Source: a virus
DNA length: 64,000 nucleotides
Strand: one strand, 5' to 3'
Virus record (IMG/VR): IMGVR_UViG_3300005077_000565
Span: 32,001 to 96,000 of that record
In this document: piece by piece, positions 1-9,900 of the stretch
Layout of the letters: every line of letters starts with the position of its first letter
Numbering within the stretch: position 1 is the stretch's first letter
Notes under the pieces: generated by a model
What the model was told of the DNA's origin: nothing
The model's input: only the letters and a program-made list of their open reading frames with translations
The model's database searches: none
Made by a program: the position numbers and the translations under genes

Positions 1-10
1 ACAATATAAG

Positions 11-1777
11 ATGCATAAAAGTGTAAACAAATACAGCCGTAAAGTAAAAGAAACCTACAACCAGAACATAAGTTCCAAGGGTTTGAAAATTCCTGCTGGC
101 GTCTATCGTGGTATCGTAGTAGAACACGGTGATGATCGACAGATGGGACGAATCAAAGTCAACATCAGTCAGTTTTATGGCTCAGTGGCCACCAAAGAGG
201 TCAATGAGTTGGAATCTCAGGAATTTCTGGGTGCAATCTGGTGCCGTCTAGTAGTCCCCTATGGTGGAACCTACAGCGATGAGGGCTCGGCGCAGAGTTA
301 CGGATTTCTAGGAGCGCCACCAGCAGTGGGCAACGAAGTACTAGTAGCATTCAGTGGCGACAGCGACAAGGGTTTTATTTTAGGTGTACTACCTGAAGAA
401 CAACGTATCAGCACCATGGCCGGCCCGGTTGCTCGCATGGCCATTGACGAAAATGGCGATCGTGTTTTTACACAAGCCTACGACACTGATAGAACTCGTA
501 GCACTGAAAATGATTTACCAGCCATGCACGGGCAGGCCGCCGCACTAGTCAAACAGGGTCTAGCTGGGGATCGTCTTCGTGGTCTAAACTTCAGTAACCC
601 AACAAGATCTGGAAATACAGTAAACCGAGTCACCGCTATCAGCACACCTGAAGGTCACTCTATAATCATGGACGACGGCGACATTGAAGGCAATAACTTT
701 TCGTTGATGCGTTTTAGAACCGCCGCCGGCGCACAGATATTAATGGACGACAACAATGGTTTTACCTATATTATAAGTCGTGATGGTAAAACCTGGATCG
801 AAATGAACTCCAACGGTGACCTAGATATTTTCAGTGAAAAAAGTATCAACATGAACACCAGCGGTGACTTTAACGTCAGGGCCGGTGGCGCCATTAACAT
901 GGAAAGTGCCAACGGATTCAACCTTCGTGATGTCAGCCCCGGCGGTATCAAGATGTTTGCCAGTGTTGGCACCATTGATATCAAAGCCGCCACTGATCTG
1001 CAACTACAAGCTGGTGGTAACGGTAACCTGTTAGTAGCCGGCGGCTGGAGAGAAACAGCAGCTCGCATTGATATGAACGGTCCCGTAGCCAAATCTGCCA
1101 CAGAGCCCAGTATCACCAAACACCCCGGTAACCGAACAGTCACTGAAAGTGTATCACGCCGCGTTCCAGAAAAGGAACCCTGGCCAGGGCACTTGAATGT
1201 CAGTAATGTCAGCTACGGTTCAGTAACTGGCTCCGAAGGTGTTAGCCTATCCTTCTACGAAGGAGCGCCCAGCAACCCCAATGCTGTGGAAAATACTGGG
1301 ACATTGACTGAAGCCGCCAACATCACAGATGACGCTGTGTTAAGTGGCAGCGGACTAGTAGTCTGGGCCCCGGGTGTAGATCGACGAGTAGATCAAAGAT
1401 TAATTGATATTGTAGAACGAATCGCCAAACGATTCGGAAAAACGCTGACAATCACCAGTGGATATCGTAGTCCCGGGCACAATGCCAGCCTTCGTGACGC
1501 CAGCGGCCGCCAGCTGACGGCAAAAAATAGTCAGCACATGTATCATCGAGCCGTGGATTTATCTGGTAATGAATTTACCAATGCCGAGCGTCTGCGTATA
1601 ATTGAAATTGCATCCAGTGAAGGTATAACTGGTATTGGTGTATACAACGACAAACATATTCACCTGGACATACGCGGTGGTAATCCCATCGGCTGGGGCA
1701 GTGGTAACACCTTCTCAGGAATTCCAGATTATGCAGTCAGCACCATACAGAAACACATAAGCGGGGGATTTGCCTGA
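11..1777 (+). CDS. Baseplate hub/spike protein (gp5/VgrG-like) with C-terminal peptidase M15 domain
   Basis: N-terminal YRGIVVEHGDDRQMGRIKV..PPAVGNEVLVAF resembles the gp5 OB-fold; central G/N/I-rich beta-helix-like repeats; C-terminal ITSGYRS..SQHMYHRAVD..GIGVY..HIHLD matches the M15 Zn peptidase pattern; lies upstream of gp25/gp6-like genes. Confidence 0.8.
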   Translation: MHKSVNKYSRKVKETYNQNISSKGLKIPAGVYRGIVVEHGDDRQMGRIKVNISQFYGSVATKEVNELESQEFLGAIWCRLVVPYGGTYSDEGSAQSYGFLGAPPAVGNEVLVAFSGDSDKGFILGVLPEEQRISTMAGPVARMAIDENGDRVFTQAYDTDRTRSTENDLPAMHGQAAALVKQGLAGDRLRGLNFSNPTRSGNTVNRVTAISTPEGHSIIMDDGDIEGNNFSLMRFRTAAGAQILMDDNNGFTYIISRDGKTWIEMNSNGDLDIFSEKSINMNTSGDFNVRAGGAINMESANGFNLRDVSPGGIKMFASVGTIDIKAATDLQLQAGGNGNLLVAGGWRETAARIDMNGPVAKSATEPSITKHPGNRTVTESVSRRVPEKEPWPGHLNVSNVSYGSVTGSEGVSLSFYEGAPSNPNAVENTGTLTEAANITDDAVLSGSGLVVWAPGVDRRVDQRLIDIVERIAKRFGKTLTITSGYRSPGHNASLRDASGRQLTAKNSQHMYHRAVDLSGNEFTNAERLRIIEIASSEGITGIGVYNDKHIHLDIRGGNPIGWGSGNTFSGIPDYAVSTIQKHISGGFA

Positions 1778-2490
1778 TGTTAAAAACAGTAGCCATAGAA
1801 AATCGAGTACAGTGGGAATCCTTCACTGTGGCTGATGCAAATCGAGTAAACTTAAAAATATCGTTACCAGTGATCGAAGCTTCAGCAGAAATTCTAGAAA
1901 TCGTATTAGGTAGATCATTGTATTATCCCTACAGACACCTAAATCAGAATGATCAATATGTAATTGGCTATGGTTATGGTGATACTGACCTGGAATCTGG
2001 GTATACTGAAGCTGAAGCATACAGTCAGTGGCTGGCTGCAATGAAGAAAAAACAACGAGAATTGAAGGCACAATTACCACTGTTGGCTGTTTCTCAGAGT
2101 CATTTTGATGCGTTGTTCAGCCTGTATGTTTCCACAGGGGTCTGGCGCCGAGTCGAAGGTGATCAGGGCACTTATGATATAGAATCTGCGATACTAGCTG
2201 GTTCCTGGAAAACAGTTGCTGATATGCTGGCCAATGGACGCGAATCCAGAGAGGATCGACTAGTAGAATCACGTGTGCTACAATTGGCAGATTATTCCAA
2301 TTCTAACACCAGAGAACGAGTTAAATTTCAGGGCATTCAGGATGCACGAGTCCAATATGCTAGAAACATCAGTGATCGTCTAGCTAGACGCCAACTGGAG
2401 GCCGGTTACTATCGCCAGACCACAGCATTCGTCCCCGGCATCTCCGATCTTAGAAAACGAGAATTAATAGCAAAATACGGTAAACTTTAA
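1777..2490 (+). CDS. Lysozyme-like (GH24-like fold) baseplate-associated protein
   Basis: YVIGYG and SQSHFDALFSL segments resemble phage lysozyme motifs; start overlaps the hub gene stop (TGATG). Confidence 0.55.
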   Translation: MLKTVAIENRVQWESFTVADANRVNLKISLPVIEASAEILEIVLGRSLYYPYRHLNQNDQYVIGYGYGDTDLESGYTEAEAYSQWLAAMKKKQRELKAQLPLLAVSQSHFDALFSLYVSTGVWRRVEGDQGTYDIESAILAGSWKTVADMLANGRESREDRLVESRVLQLADYSNSNTRERVKFQGIQDARVQYARNISDRLARRQLEAGYYRQTTAFVPGISDLRKRELIAKYGKL

Positions 2491-2527
2491 CATAGGCAAC
2501 TAAATATTTTAACAACACAGGCGAATC

Positions 2528-3079
2528 ATGTCCAGCACTCTATTACTAAACGCAGACTACACGCCCATGGAACTGAGTCCAATCAGTCTACTTTCCTGGC
2601 GTGAAAGTATACGGGCTTACTATACTAACAGTATTTCAATACTAAAAACCTATGATCACTGGACAGTGCGATCACCCAGTGTGGAATTTGCAGTCCCCAG
2701 TATTGTTGTTGCCAATCAGTACCATAAAAGAAATAACTTTGCTAAACTGACACGAAAAAATCTATTTGTTCGTGACGAATATCGTTGCCAGTACTGTGGT
2801 GTCAAGTTCTACTATCATGAGCTGACTTTTGATCACGTATTGCCGCGCAGCCATGGTGGGGCCAGTACCTGGGATAACATGGTTGCTTGCTGCAAATCCT
2901 GCAATCATAAAAAAGGTAACAACGCCAAAATTTTACCCATACGGCGTCCCTACCAGCCGACCTGGCACGAAATTTACAACCAGAGTAAGTGCTATCGTAT
3001 TACTATACCAGATCCAGCCTGGCAGGAATTCTTACAATGGCCCGAAGAATTGCTGGAAATTAAAATAGCACATAATTGA
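2528..3079 (+). CDS. HNH endonuclease (McrA-like)
   Basis: RDEYRCQYCG..LTFDHVLPRSHGG..WDNMVACCKSCNHKKG is a canonical zinc-binding HNH motif. Confidence 0.9.
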   Translation: MSSTLLLNADYTPMELSPISLLSWRESIRAYYTNSISILKTYDHWTVRSPSVEFAVPSIVVANQYHKRNNFAKLTRKNLFVRDEYRCQYCGVKFYYHELTFDHVLPRSHGGASTWDNMVACCKSCNHKKGNNAKILPIRRPYQPTWHEIYNQSKCYRITIPDPAWQEFLQWPEELLEIKIAHN

Positions 3080-3083
3080 AGCC

Positions 3084-3090
3084 ATAAATA
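3084..3090 (+). promoter_or_regulatory. T4-like late promoter box (ATAAATA)
   Basis: cATAAATA located 5 nt upstream of the ATG at 3096. Confidence 0.55.
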
Positions 3091-3095
3091 GTATT

Positions 3096-3461
3096 ATGGC
3101 GACATTTAGAGGCTATAGTACTATTGACAAGCGTTTTGGTAATTTTGTACTAGAAGATGTGCAGTTAGCAAAACGCGATTTATTGAATCACTTTTACACA
3201 CGCAAAGGTGAGCGCATACACGAACCTGAATTTGGCAGCATACTGCCAGATTTAGTGTTTGAGCCTCTGGTTCCCGAAGTAGTAGATCAAGTCGAAGACG
3301 ATGTACGCACAATCGTTCGTACCGACCCACGCTGGACACTTAAAGACCTTAACATCGAGATAGGTGAGCATTCTATTACATGCCACCTGGATCTGGTCTA
3401 TAATCCAACAACTACGATAGAATATCTATACTTAAAATTTACAGCAGAAGAAGAGAATTAA
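3096..3461 (+). CDS. Baseplate wedge subunit, gp25-like
   Basis: LLNHFYTRKGER..PEFGS.L.DLVFEP..DPR gp25-family signature; 121 aa. Confidence 0.88.
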   Translation: MATFRGYSTIDKRFGNFVLEDVQLAKRDLLNHFYTRKGERIHEPEFGSILPDLVFEPLVPEVVDQVEDDVRTIVRTDPRWTLKDLNIEIGEHSITCHLDLVYNPTTTIEYLYLKFTAEEEN

Positions 3462-3462
3462 T

Positions 3463-6400
3463 ATGGCCCAGAGTGTACGACAACGAAATTTGTTTGCAGC
3501 CGAAGATTTTACAGTAGTATATGACACCTTCAAGCAGGCAAATTTTCAAGCATACGACTATGACACTATTCGTCAGACCATGGTTGATTACATACGTAAC
3601 AACTATCCAGAGAATTTCAATGACTGGATTCAATCCAGTGAATTCGTAGCACTGGTAGAACTGCTGGCCTTTCTAGGACATAACCTAGCGTTCCGTGTAG
3701 ATCTTGCTGGCCGTGAAAACTTTTTAAGCACTGCTGAACGTCGAGCCAGTGTATTACGTATTGCTGACTTTTTGGGATATAATCCTATACGTGCTCTACC
3801 AGCACGAGGCCTATTGAAGATTCAGACAATCAAAACAAATCAGAACATCTACGATGTCAATGGAACTAGCCTCAAGAATAAAACTGTAAATTTCGTCGAT
3901 GAGCAAGATCAGACCAGTTATCAAAACTTCCTGTTGATTATGAATGAGGTCCTGGGTAACGCCAACAGGTTCGGTAGACCAGTTGCCAAGTCTACAATTA
4001 ATGGTGTCCGCACAGAAATTTATACCGTAAATCAAGCAGCGAACCAGGATATAACATTTAAATTCAAAGCACGGGTTAACGGAAATGAACAGTCATTTGA
4101 GTTACACGGTTCAACTATCGATGATGGGTTAATTCAGGAAACCATCCCCAATCCAGAATCTGCTTTTGGACTAGTGTATCGTAACGATAATCAGGGTATC
4201 ACTAGTAGTGACACCGGCTTCTTTGTAAGTTTCAAACAGGGAACTTTACAGTTCAGCGATTATAATGCCGATTCAGCAATCAGTAATCTACATCTGGCAG
4301 TCAACAGTACCAATATCAATAACAATGACGTCTGGGTTCAGACAGTCGATAGTCTGGGGCTAGTACTAACAGACTGGACTAAAATTGATTCCACGTACGG
4401 TGCCAGCGCAATTTTCAATGCCATAAACAACCAGACCCGTTCAGTATATTCAGTCAAAACTTTGGAAAACGATGCTATTAGTGTGAATTTTGGTGATGGC
4501 GTGTTTGCTGATGTACCACGTGGTATCATCAGAGTCTGGTACAGAAACTCAGTCAATGAGATCTACACACTTAATCCCGATGATGTAGGCACTGTAAACT
4601 TCAGCATCAAATATCTAGCAAGTGACGGAAACGAATATACCGCGGCATTTGCAGCTGAGCTTGAAACCAGTGTTAATAACGCCAGTAGTCGCGAAACTGT
4701 GGCCAGCATTAAAGAGAACGCTGGCCGTGTGTTTACAACGCAAGACCGAATGGTAACTGCTGAAGACTACAGTATTCTACCACTGACTGTCAGCAACAAC
4801 GTTAAGAAAATAAAAAGTGTAAATCGAACACACAGTGGTCACAGTCGCTTTATCAAGCCCAATGACCCAACAGCACATTATCAGAATGTTGTAATGATGG
4901 CTGAAGATGGGTATATCTACGGCGAAGATATTCTGGATCGTATCAGTATTCCATTGCCCAATGATATCACAAACTCGCAGATTTTTGATTTTTATCTGGC
5001 TCAGTTAATTCAACATCCCGAGCTACTGAATCTATACTATCAGAAATACTCACCCTTCGGTGTACCCTATGAGCCAGGTATCGTTGACAACAGTACTGCA
5101 TTCCAGTGGCAGCTAGTGTCAGCTGACACCAACGGGTGCACTGGCTATATCACACGTGCTGGTGTTCCTGAGCGTGTAGGTGACGCCATTACCAATGCCA
5201 TGGAAGATGTAAAAATTGGCAGCATCATAGAATTTACCGAAGAGCCCTGGATTGATGGTAGTCTGGGGAATCCCGGTGATGTATTTGATATAGTAAACGG
5301 TGGTTATGGTTACACTACAGCTAATGTGTTCATATATGGTACTGGTACTGGTGCCGCCGCCACCGCGGTTATAACCGACGGCAGTATTACTAGAATTAAC
5401 ATCACCAGTGGCGGATCAGGATATACTAATCCAGTATCGATTGTCATTGTTGGCGATGGCACCGGTGCACAGGCACGTGCACAAGCAAGATCCAGTGGCC
5501 GTCGCTGGGCCCGTGTTGTCAGCATCGACGATGACGGCCTTGGTGTCGACAACGTAACTGGAGTGCCCACTGGTATCGACAGCCGTGGACAGGGTGCAAT
5601 TATACTAAGCAACAGTGTACCACAAAATGCTAGAATTAGTCGCATATTTCCGGCGTTTACTACACAGTTCACCGACTCAGAAAAGGCAGCAATCATCAAT
5701 GCACTGTCGTTAAATAACTCGTTTGGTATTAGATACGATGCAGTAAATTCACTGTGGAAGATAGTGGCCACTAATGATCTCCCAGCCGCCAGTTTTAATA
5801 ACCCAAGATACTTCAGTCTTGCCAATGCTGGCATTGCCAACGGATCTACACCAGATCAGAGCTGGGTAGTTCGTGTTAACAAATACAGCGACCGCTGGGA
5901 AATACTATCTCGCCGTTACCGTATAGTCTACGGTAGTTCAGAATCTATTAGATTCTATAACCAGAATTCAAATATACGCTTCAATGTTGAAACAAACAAA
6001 CCCGAGCGTGACGAAATTAACGTACTGGGTATAAATTACAAACCCAACGGTAGCTCAGCCGCCATTGGCTCCGATTTAAAATTTTATGGATATCGTTATT
6101 ATACTGAAGCCAGTGGATACACGGATGATCACAAATTGCTGGTAACGGTCAGCAACATCAGCAACGATATGTATCCAGAAAATCCCATGGCTTTTAGGGA
6201 GCTTGTAGGCCCAGACCAAATTGGACTGGGTACTGTTAACGAAGACGGTTTCGAATACCAGGTTTATGACCCTGCAGCCACTGCAATTTATCCTGGCCGT
6301 GCTGACCTAACATTCAAATGGCGCCGTGTGGCCGAGACTGATGTTAGAATAGATCCTAGTATCAGCAACATTATTGATACATTTGTGTTGACTTCCAGTT

Positions 6401-6930
6401 ACGATCTTGAGTTCCGTGAATGGATAACTAATAACAGAAAGTCTCCGGATATGCCCAAACCACCCACAACTGAAGAACTACGTGCACAGTTTATTAGTTT
6501 AGACAGCAAGAAGAGTGTTAGTGACACTGTGGTATATCGTAGTGCCAAGTACAAGGTATTGTTCGGTGAACTAGCAGACAATACACTACAGGCCAAGTTC
6601 CGTGTGGTCAGAGTCAAAGGATCAACATTAAGTGATAACGAAGTCAAGAGTCGTGTATTGGAATCCATCAATAACTTCTTTAATGTAGACAACTGGGACT
6701 TCGGAGAAACCTTCTACTTCACCGAGCTGGCTGCATATGTACATAATCAGCTGCTGGGTATTATCAGTAGTATAGTTATAGTCCCCACACAGGAAAACAG
6801 TGCATTTGGGAATCTATTCCAGGTAACACCCTCCAGTGATGAGTTATTCATGCCAGACATTGATCTGAATAGCATTGAACTAGTCAGTAATTTTACAAAT
6901 TCTAATCTAAGAGTTTCCAGCAGCGTGTAA
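3463..6930 (+). CDS. Baseplate wedge subunit, gp6-like
   Basis: DYDTIR..YI..NYPE.FND..SSE..ELLA..ENFLSTA.RR.SV..IA..LGY and FGDGVF..P, QDRMVTAEDY motifs typical of gp6; directly follows gp25. Confidence 0.85.
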   Translation: MAQSVRQRNLFAAEDFTVVYDTFKQANFQAYDYDTIRQTMVDYIRNNYPENFNDWIQSSEFVALVELLAFLGHNLAFRVDLAGRENFLSTAERRASVLRIADFLGYNPIRALPARGLLKIQTIKTNQNIYDVNGTSLKNKTVNFVDEQDQTSYQNFLLIMNEVLGNANRFGRPVAKSTINGVRTEIYTVNQAANQDITFKFKARVNGNEQSFELHGSTIDDGLIQETIPNPESAFGLVYRNDNQGITSSDTGFFVSFKQGTLQFSDYNADSAISNLHLAVNSTNINNNDVWVQTVDSLGLVLTDWTKIDSTYGASAIFNAINNQTRSVYSVKTLENDAISVNFGDGVFADVPRGIIRVWYRNSVNEIYTLNPDDVGTVNFSIKYLASDGNEYTAAFAAELETSVNNASSRETVASIKENAGRVFTTQDRMVTAEDYSILPLTVSNNVKKIKSVNRTHSGHSRFIKPNDPTAHYQNVVMMAEDGYIYGEDILDRISIPLPNDITNSQIFDFYLAQLIQHPELLNLYYQKYSPFGVPYEPGIVDNSTAFQWQLVSADTNGCTGYITRAGVPERVGDAITNAMEDVKIGSIIEFTEEPWIDGSLGNPGDVFDIVNGGYGYTTANVFIYGTGTGAAATAVITDGSITRINITSGGSGYTNPVSIVIVGDGTGAQARAQARSSGRRWARVVSIDDDGLGVDNVTGVPTGIDSRGQGAIILSNSVPQNARISRIFPAFTTQFTDSEKAAIINALSLNNSFGIRYDAVNSLWKIVATNDLPAASFNNPRYFSLANAGIANGSTPDQSWVVRVNKYSDRWEILSRRYRIVYGSSESIRFYNQNSNIRFNVETNKPERDEINVLGINYKPNGSSAAIGSDLKFYGYRYYTEASGYTDDHKLLVTVSNISNDMYPENPMAFRELVGPDQIGLGTVNEDGFEYQVYDPAATAIYPGRADLTFKWRRVAETDVRIDPSISNIIDTFVLTSSYDLEFREWITNNRKSPDMPKPPTTEELRAQFISLDSKKSVSDTVVYRSAKYKVLFGELADNTLQAKFRVVRVKGSTLSDNEVKSRVLESINNFFNVDNWDFGETFYFTELAAYVHNQLLGIISSIVIVPTQENSAFGNLFQVTPSSDELFMPDIDLNSIELVSNFTNSNLRVSSSV

Positions 6931-6948
6931 AGAAAGCAATATTTAAAG

Positions 6949-9900
6949 ATGTCAAAATATAAAGCAAATCCACAAAAATTACCAAACAATACACAGGGTA
7001 ACGAGCAACAAATATATGTTGGCAAACGTCCCTCTGTGGAAATGTTGCCGGCAATTTTTAAAACTGACACTAATCGACGATTTTTAGATAGTACACTGGA
7101 TCAGTTACTGAGCAGTGGTAGTACCGAGACACTGGATACTTACTGGGGCAGAGTAAGCAGTAAAAATTATATTTTTGGACGAGATTTGTTCGCAGACGAG
7201 CATAGTGCTCAGCGAAGAAACTATCAGCTGGCGCCGGGCTACGGCGTGGTACAAGATCTAGAAACACAGGATGCAATAACCTATATCAGTGTTCTAAATT
7301 CATTAAAACAATCCGGAGCAGACATCACCGACGTTAATCGTCTGATGTCAGAACCTGGTTATGTTCTAGATTTGCCCATCAATGTCGACATGTTTATAAA
7401 CAACGTCAACTACTATTGGTATTGTAATGGCGATTCTCTGCCAGTGTGTGAAATTACCGCCACCGCCACAGACCCAATCGACATCGATCAGATCACGTTG
7501 CAGAGTTCCTATACTACTCCAGTGCTTGCAAATGGTAAAACACTGACTCTGGTTTCAGGTATGTTAGTTAAATTTACCGGCGACTACGTAACCACCTCTG
7601 AGTATAAACTCGATGCAGTCTACTATGTCGAAAACGTCGGCAATGATGGAATTCGATTAATTGAAAAGTATGATGAAACTGGCCGCCTGGTATTTTTGAA
7701 TGTTCAACAATATTCAGCATCGATTCCTTCTCGTAGCTGGGACCGCGAAAACTGGGATACCACTGCCTGGGACTACAGTGAATTTGGTGACGCTGGCAAG
7801 GAATATATCGTGGTCAATCGCAGCGGGCAAGATCGTAATCCCTGGGTGCGTGCAAACCAGTGGCACAGTATCTATGCCATCAAGGCAACCGTAGAATTCA
7901 ATGATCTGGAAATTAATGATTATATTTCCAGCGAACGCCGAGCACAACGCCCAATCATTGAATGGCATGCTAACTATGAGCTGTTTAACACTGGTACACG
8001 CGATCTTACACCAGTGACGCACTTAATTGACGATGTCGCAGACCCCGCCACTACAATTGTTGGTCAGGAACTCTACAGACATCATGATGACCTACTACTA
8101 GACAATGATCGAGTATTGTTTTTCAATGCCGGCACATACTCTAATAAAATCTATCGAGTAACTGGGTTCGGAACAAGCATTGCATTGGTTCTTGAAAGTG
8201 ATGAATCTACACTAGTCAGCGGCGACAAAGTACTAGTATTGCATCACCAGGGTACTGTCAGCGGCGCTGAGTATTACTGGAATGGAACAAGCTGGGTTTA
8301 CGGACAACAAAAGCAAACCCGCGGTAGCGCACCTAAATTCAACTTGTACGACAGCAGTAACATCGCGCTGAGTTCTTATGCTGACACTGACTTCGCTGGA
8401 GATTACGTATTTAAATACACTGCTAACAGCGCTGGTGTGGTAGATCGTGAACTAGGGTTCGCACCTAAATTTAACAGCGAAAGAAATAACAACGACATCA
8501 GTTTTGATCTGACGCTAAACAACACTAGATACTACCAAAATTTAGGCACTGATTTACGTGAAGAAATTAGTGGATACTACTATATTAAAAATCGCAGTAC
8601 TGGGAAATTTAACAACCTCTGGACCTTGATTCGTGAAGGGCAGCATGCACCTATACTGCAAACACATATAGTAACTGACGAAACTGAGTCAGTTAAGTTT
8701 AAATTGGCCAGCGAAGATCTAGGATACAGTACACAGTATTATGTTTCATATAGTCAAGGATATCGCTGGTCAACTTCAAATTATGCCAGTACCGATGAAG
8801 TTGGCACTGCCAACCCCCTGCTGGTATTCCAACGTGGTGTTGAATACAGTATTGTAAATCTGATTGCAGATGCTGCCCATGATCTTGAATTTGTAACTCC
8901 CCTGGGAGTTACAGATCCTGAAATCTCAGTTACCACATCAGGACAACAGGTTATAGTTACAGTCAGTGATCAATATCAATACTCATCAGTGATCTATCGC
9001 AGTCAGACTGATCCTGAAATGCGTGGAACTATTGTACTAGTAGCAGACACTGGACTGCGCCTAAGACTACTTAAAAATGGAGATCGTCTAATTCTAGGGC
9101 AGGATTTTACCATTACCGGCGACCAATTGTCAGTAATCACTGCGGGAGTACGCGGTGATGTCTACGATCTTGAATACACCACCCAGTCAGCACCAGACAT
9201 GGCAGTGGTGCAGGATATTGCACCTGTACACAAATACAATCCCATGAATGCCGCCGTGTCACAGGTTGGGTTCGCTAACCTGTTGAATCACTTTGAAGAT
9301 CAGTTATTGGCAATGCCAGGCATCGCTTCAGAAATTTTTGGTTACAATGACTACTACAAATTACCAACACTACACAGTTACGGTGGTACTATTAGACAGC
9401 AGATATATAGTCCTGCCAAGATGAGTTATCTATCTTCGCGTGCTGAAACTAATCCCTTCAACGCACTGGTCAAAGCCAGCGACGATTATAGAAATTTTAA
9501 AACTTACTTTAAAAATAAAGTAAAGCAGATCTGGGAATCAAAACGTTACCTAGGAGAAACATACAGTGTTCGTGAAATTGTTGACCAAGCACTTCATGAA
9601 ATTAACCTAGGCAAGACCAATGATTTTGCATATGCTCGCAGCGACATGGTCTATTACGAAGAGCCACACGCTCGTAACATGGCTGATTACAACAAAGAAA
9701 ATGAAGTCAAATACTATGTGATCGACGACCAGACGGTGTTTACATTACCACAAGTTGAAAATTATTACACTGATAAGAAAACTCACATCTATGTTTGGTT
9801 AACCGAATACAATGGATCTGCATATGTTGAACGTCCACTAATTCGTAACGTTGACTATACTGTTTCTGGAAACGTATTGACATTAACCAACACAGTGACA

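Noticed and set aside
11-6930. Bacterial T6SS or extracellular contractile injection system
   Set aside because: The giant wedge proteins, T4-like late boxes, Seg-like endonuclease and absence of Tss/Afp accessory genes fit a large myovirus better
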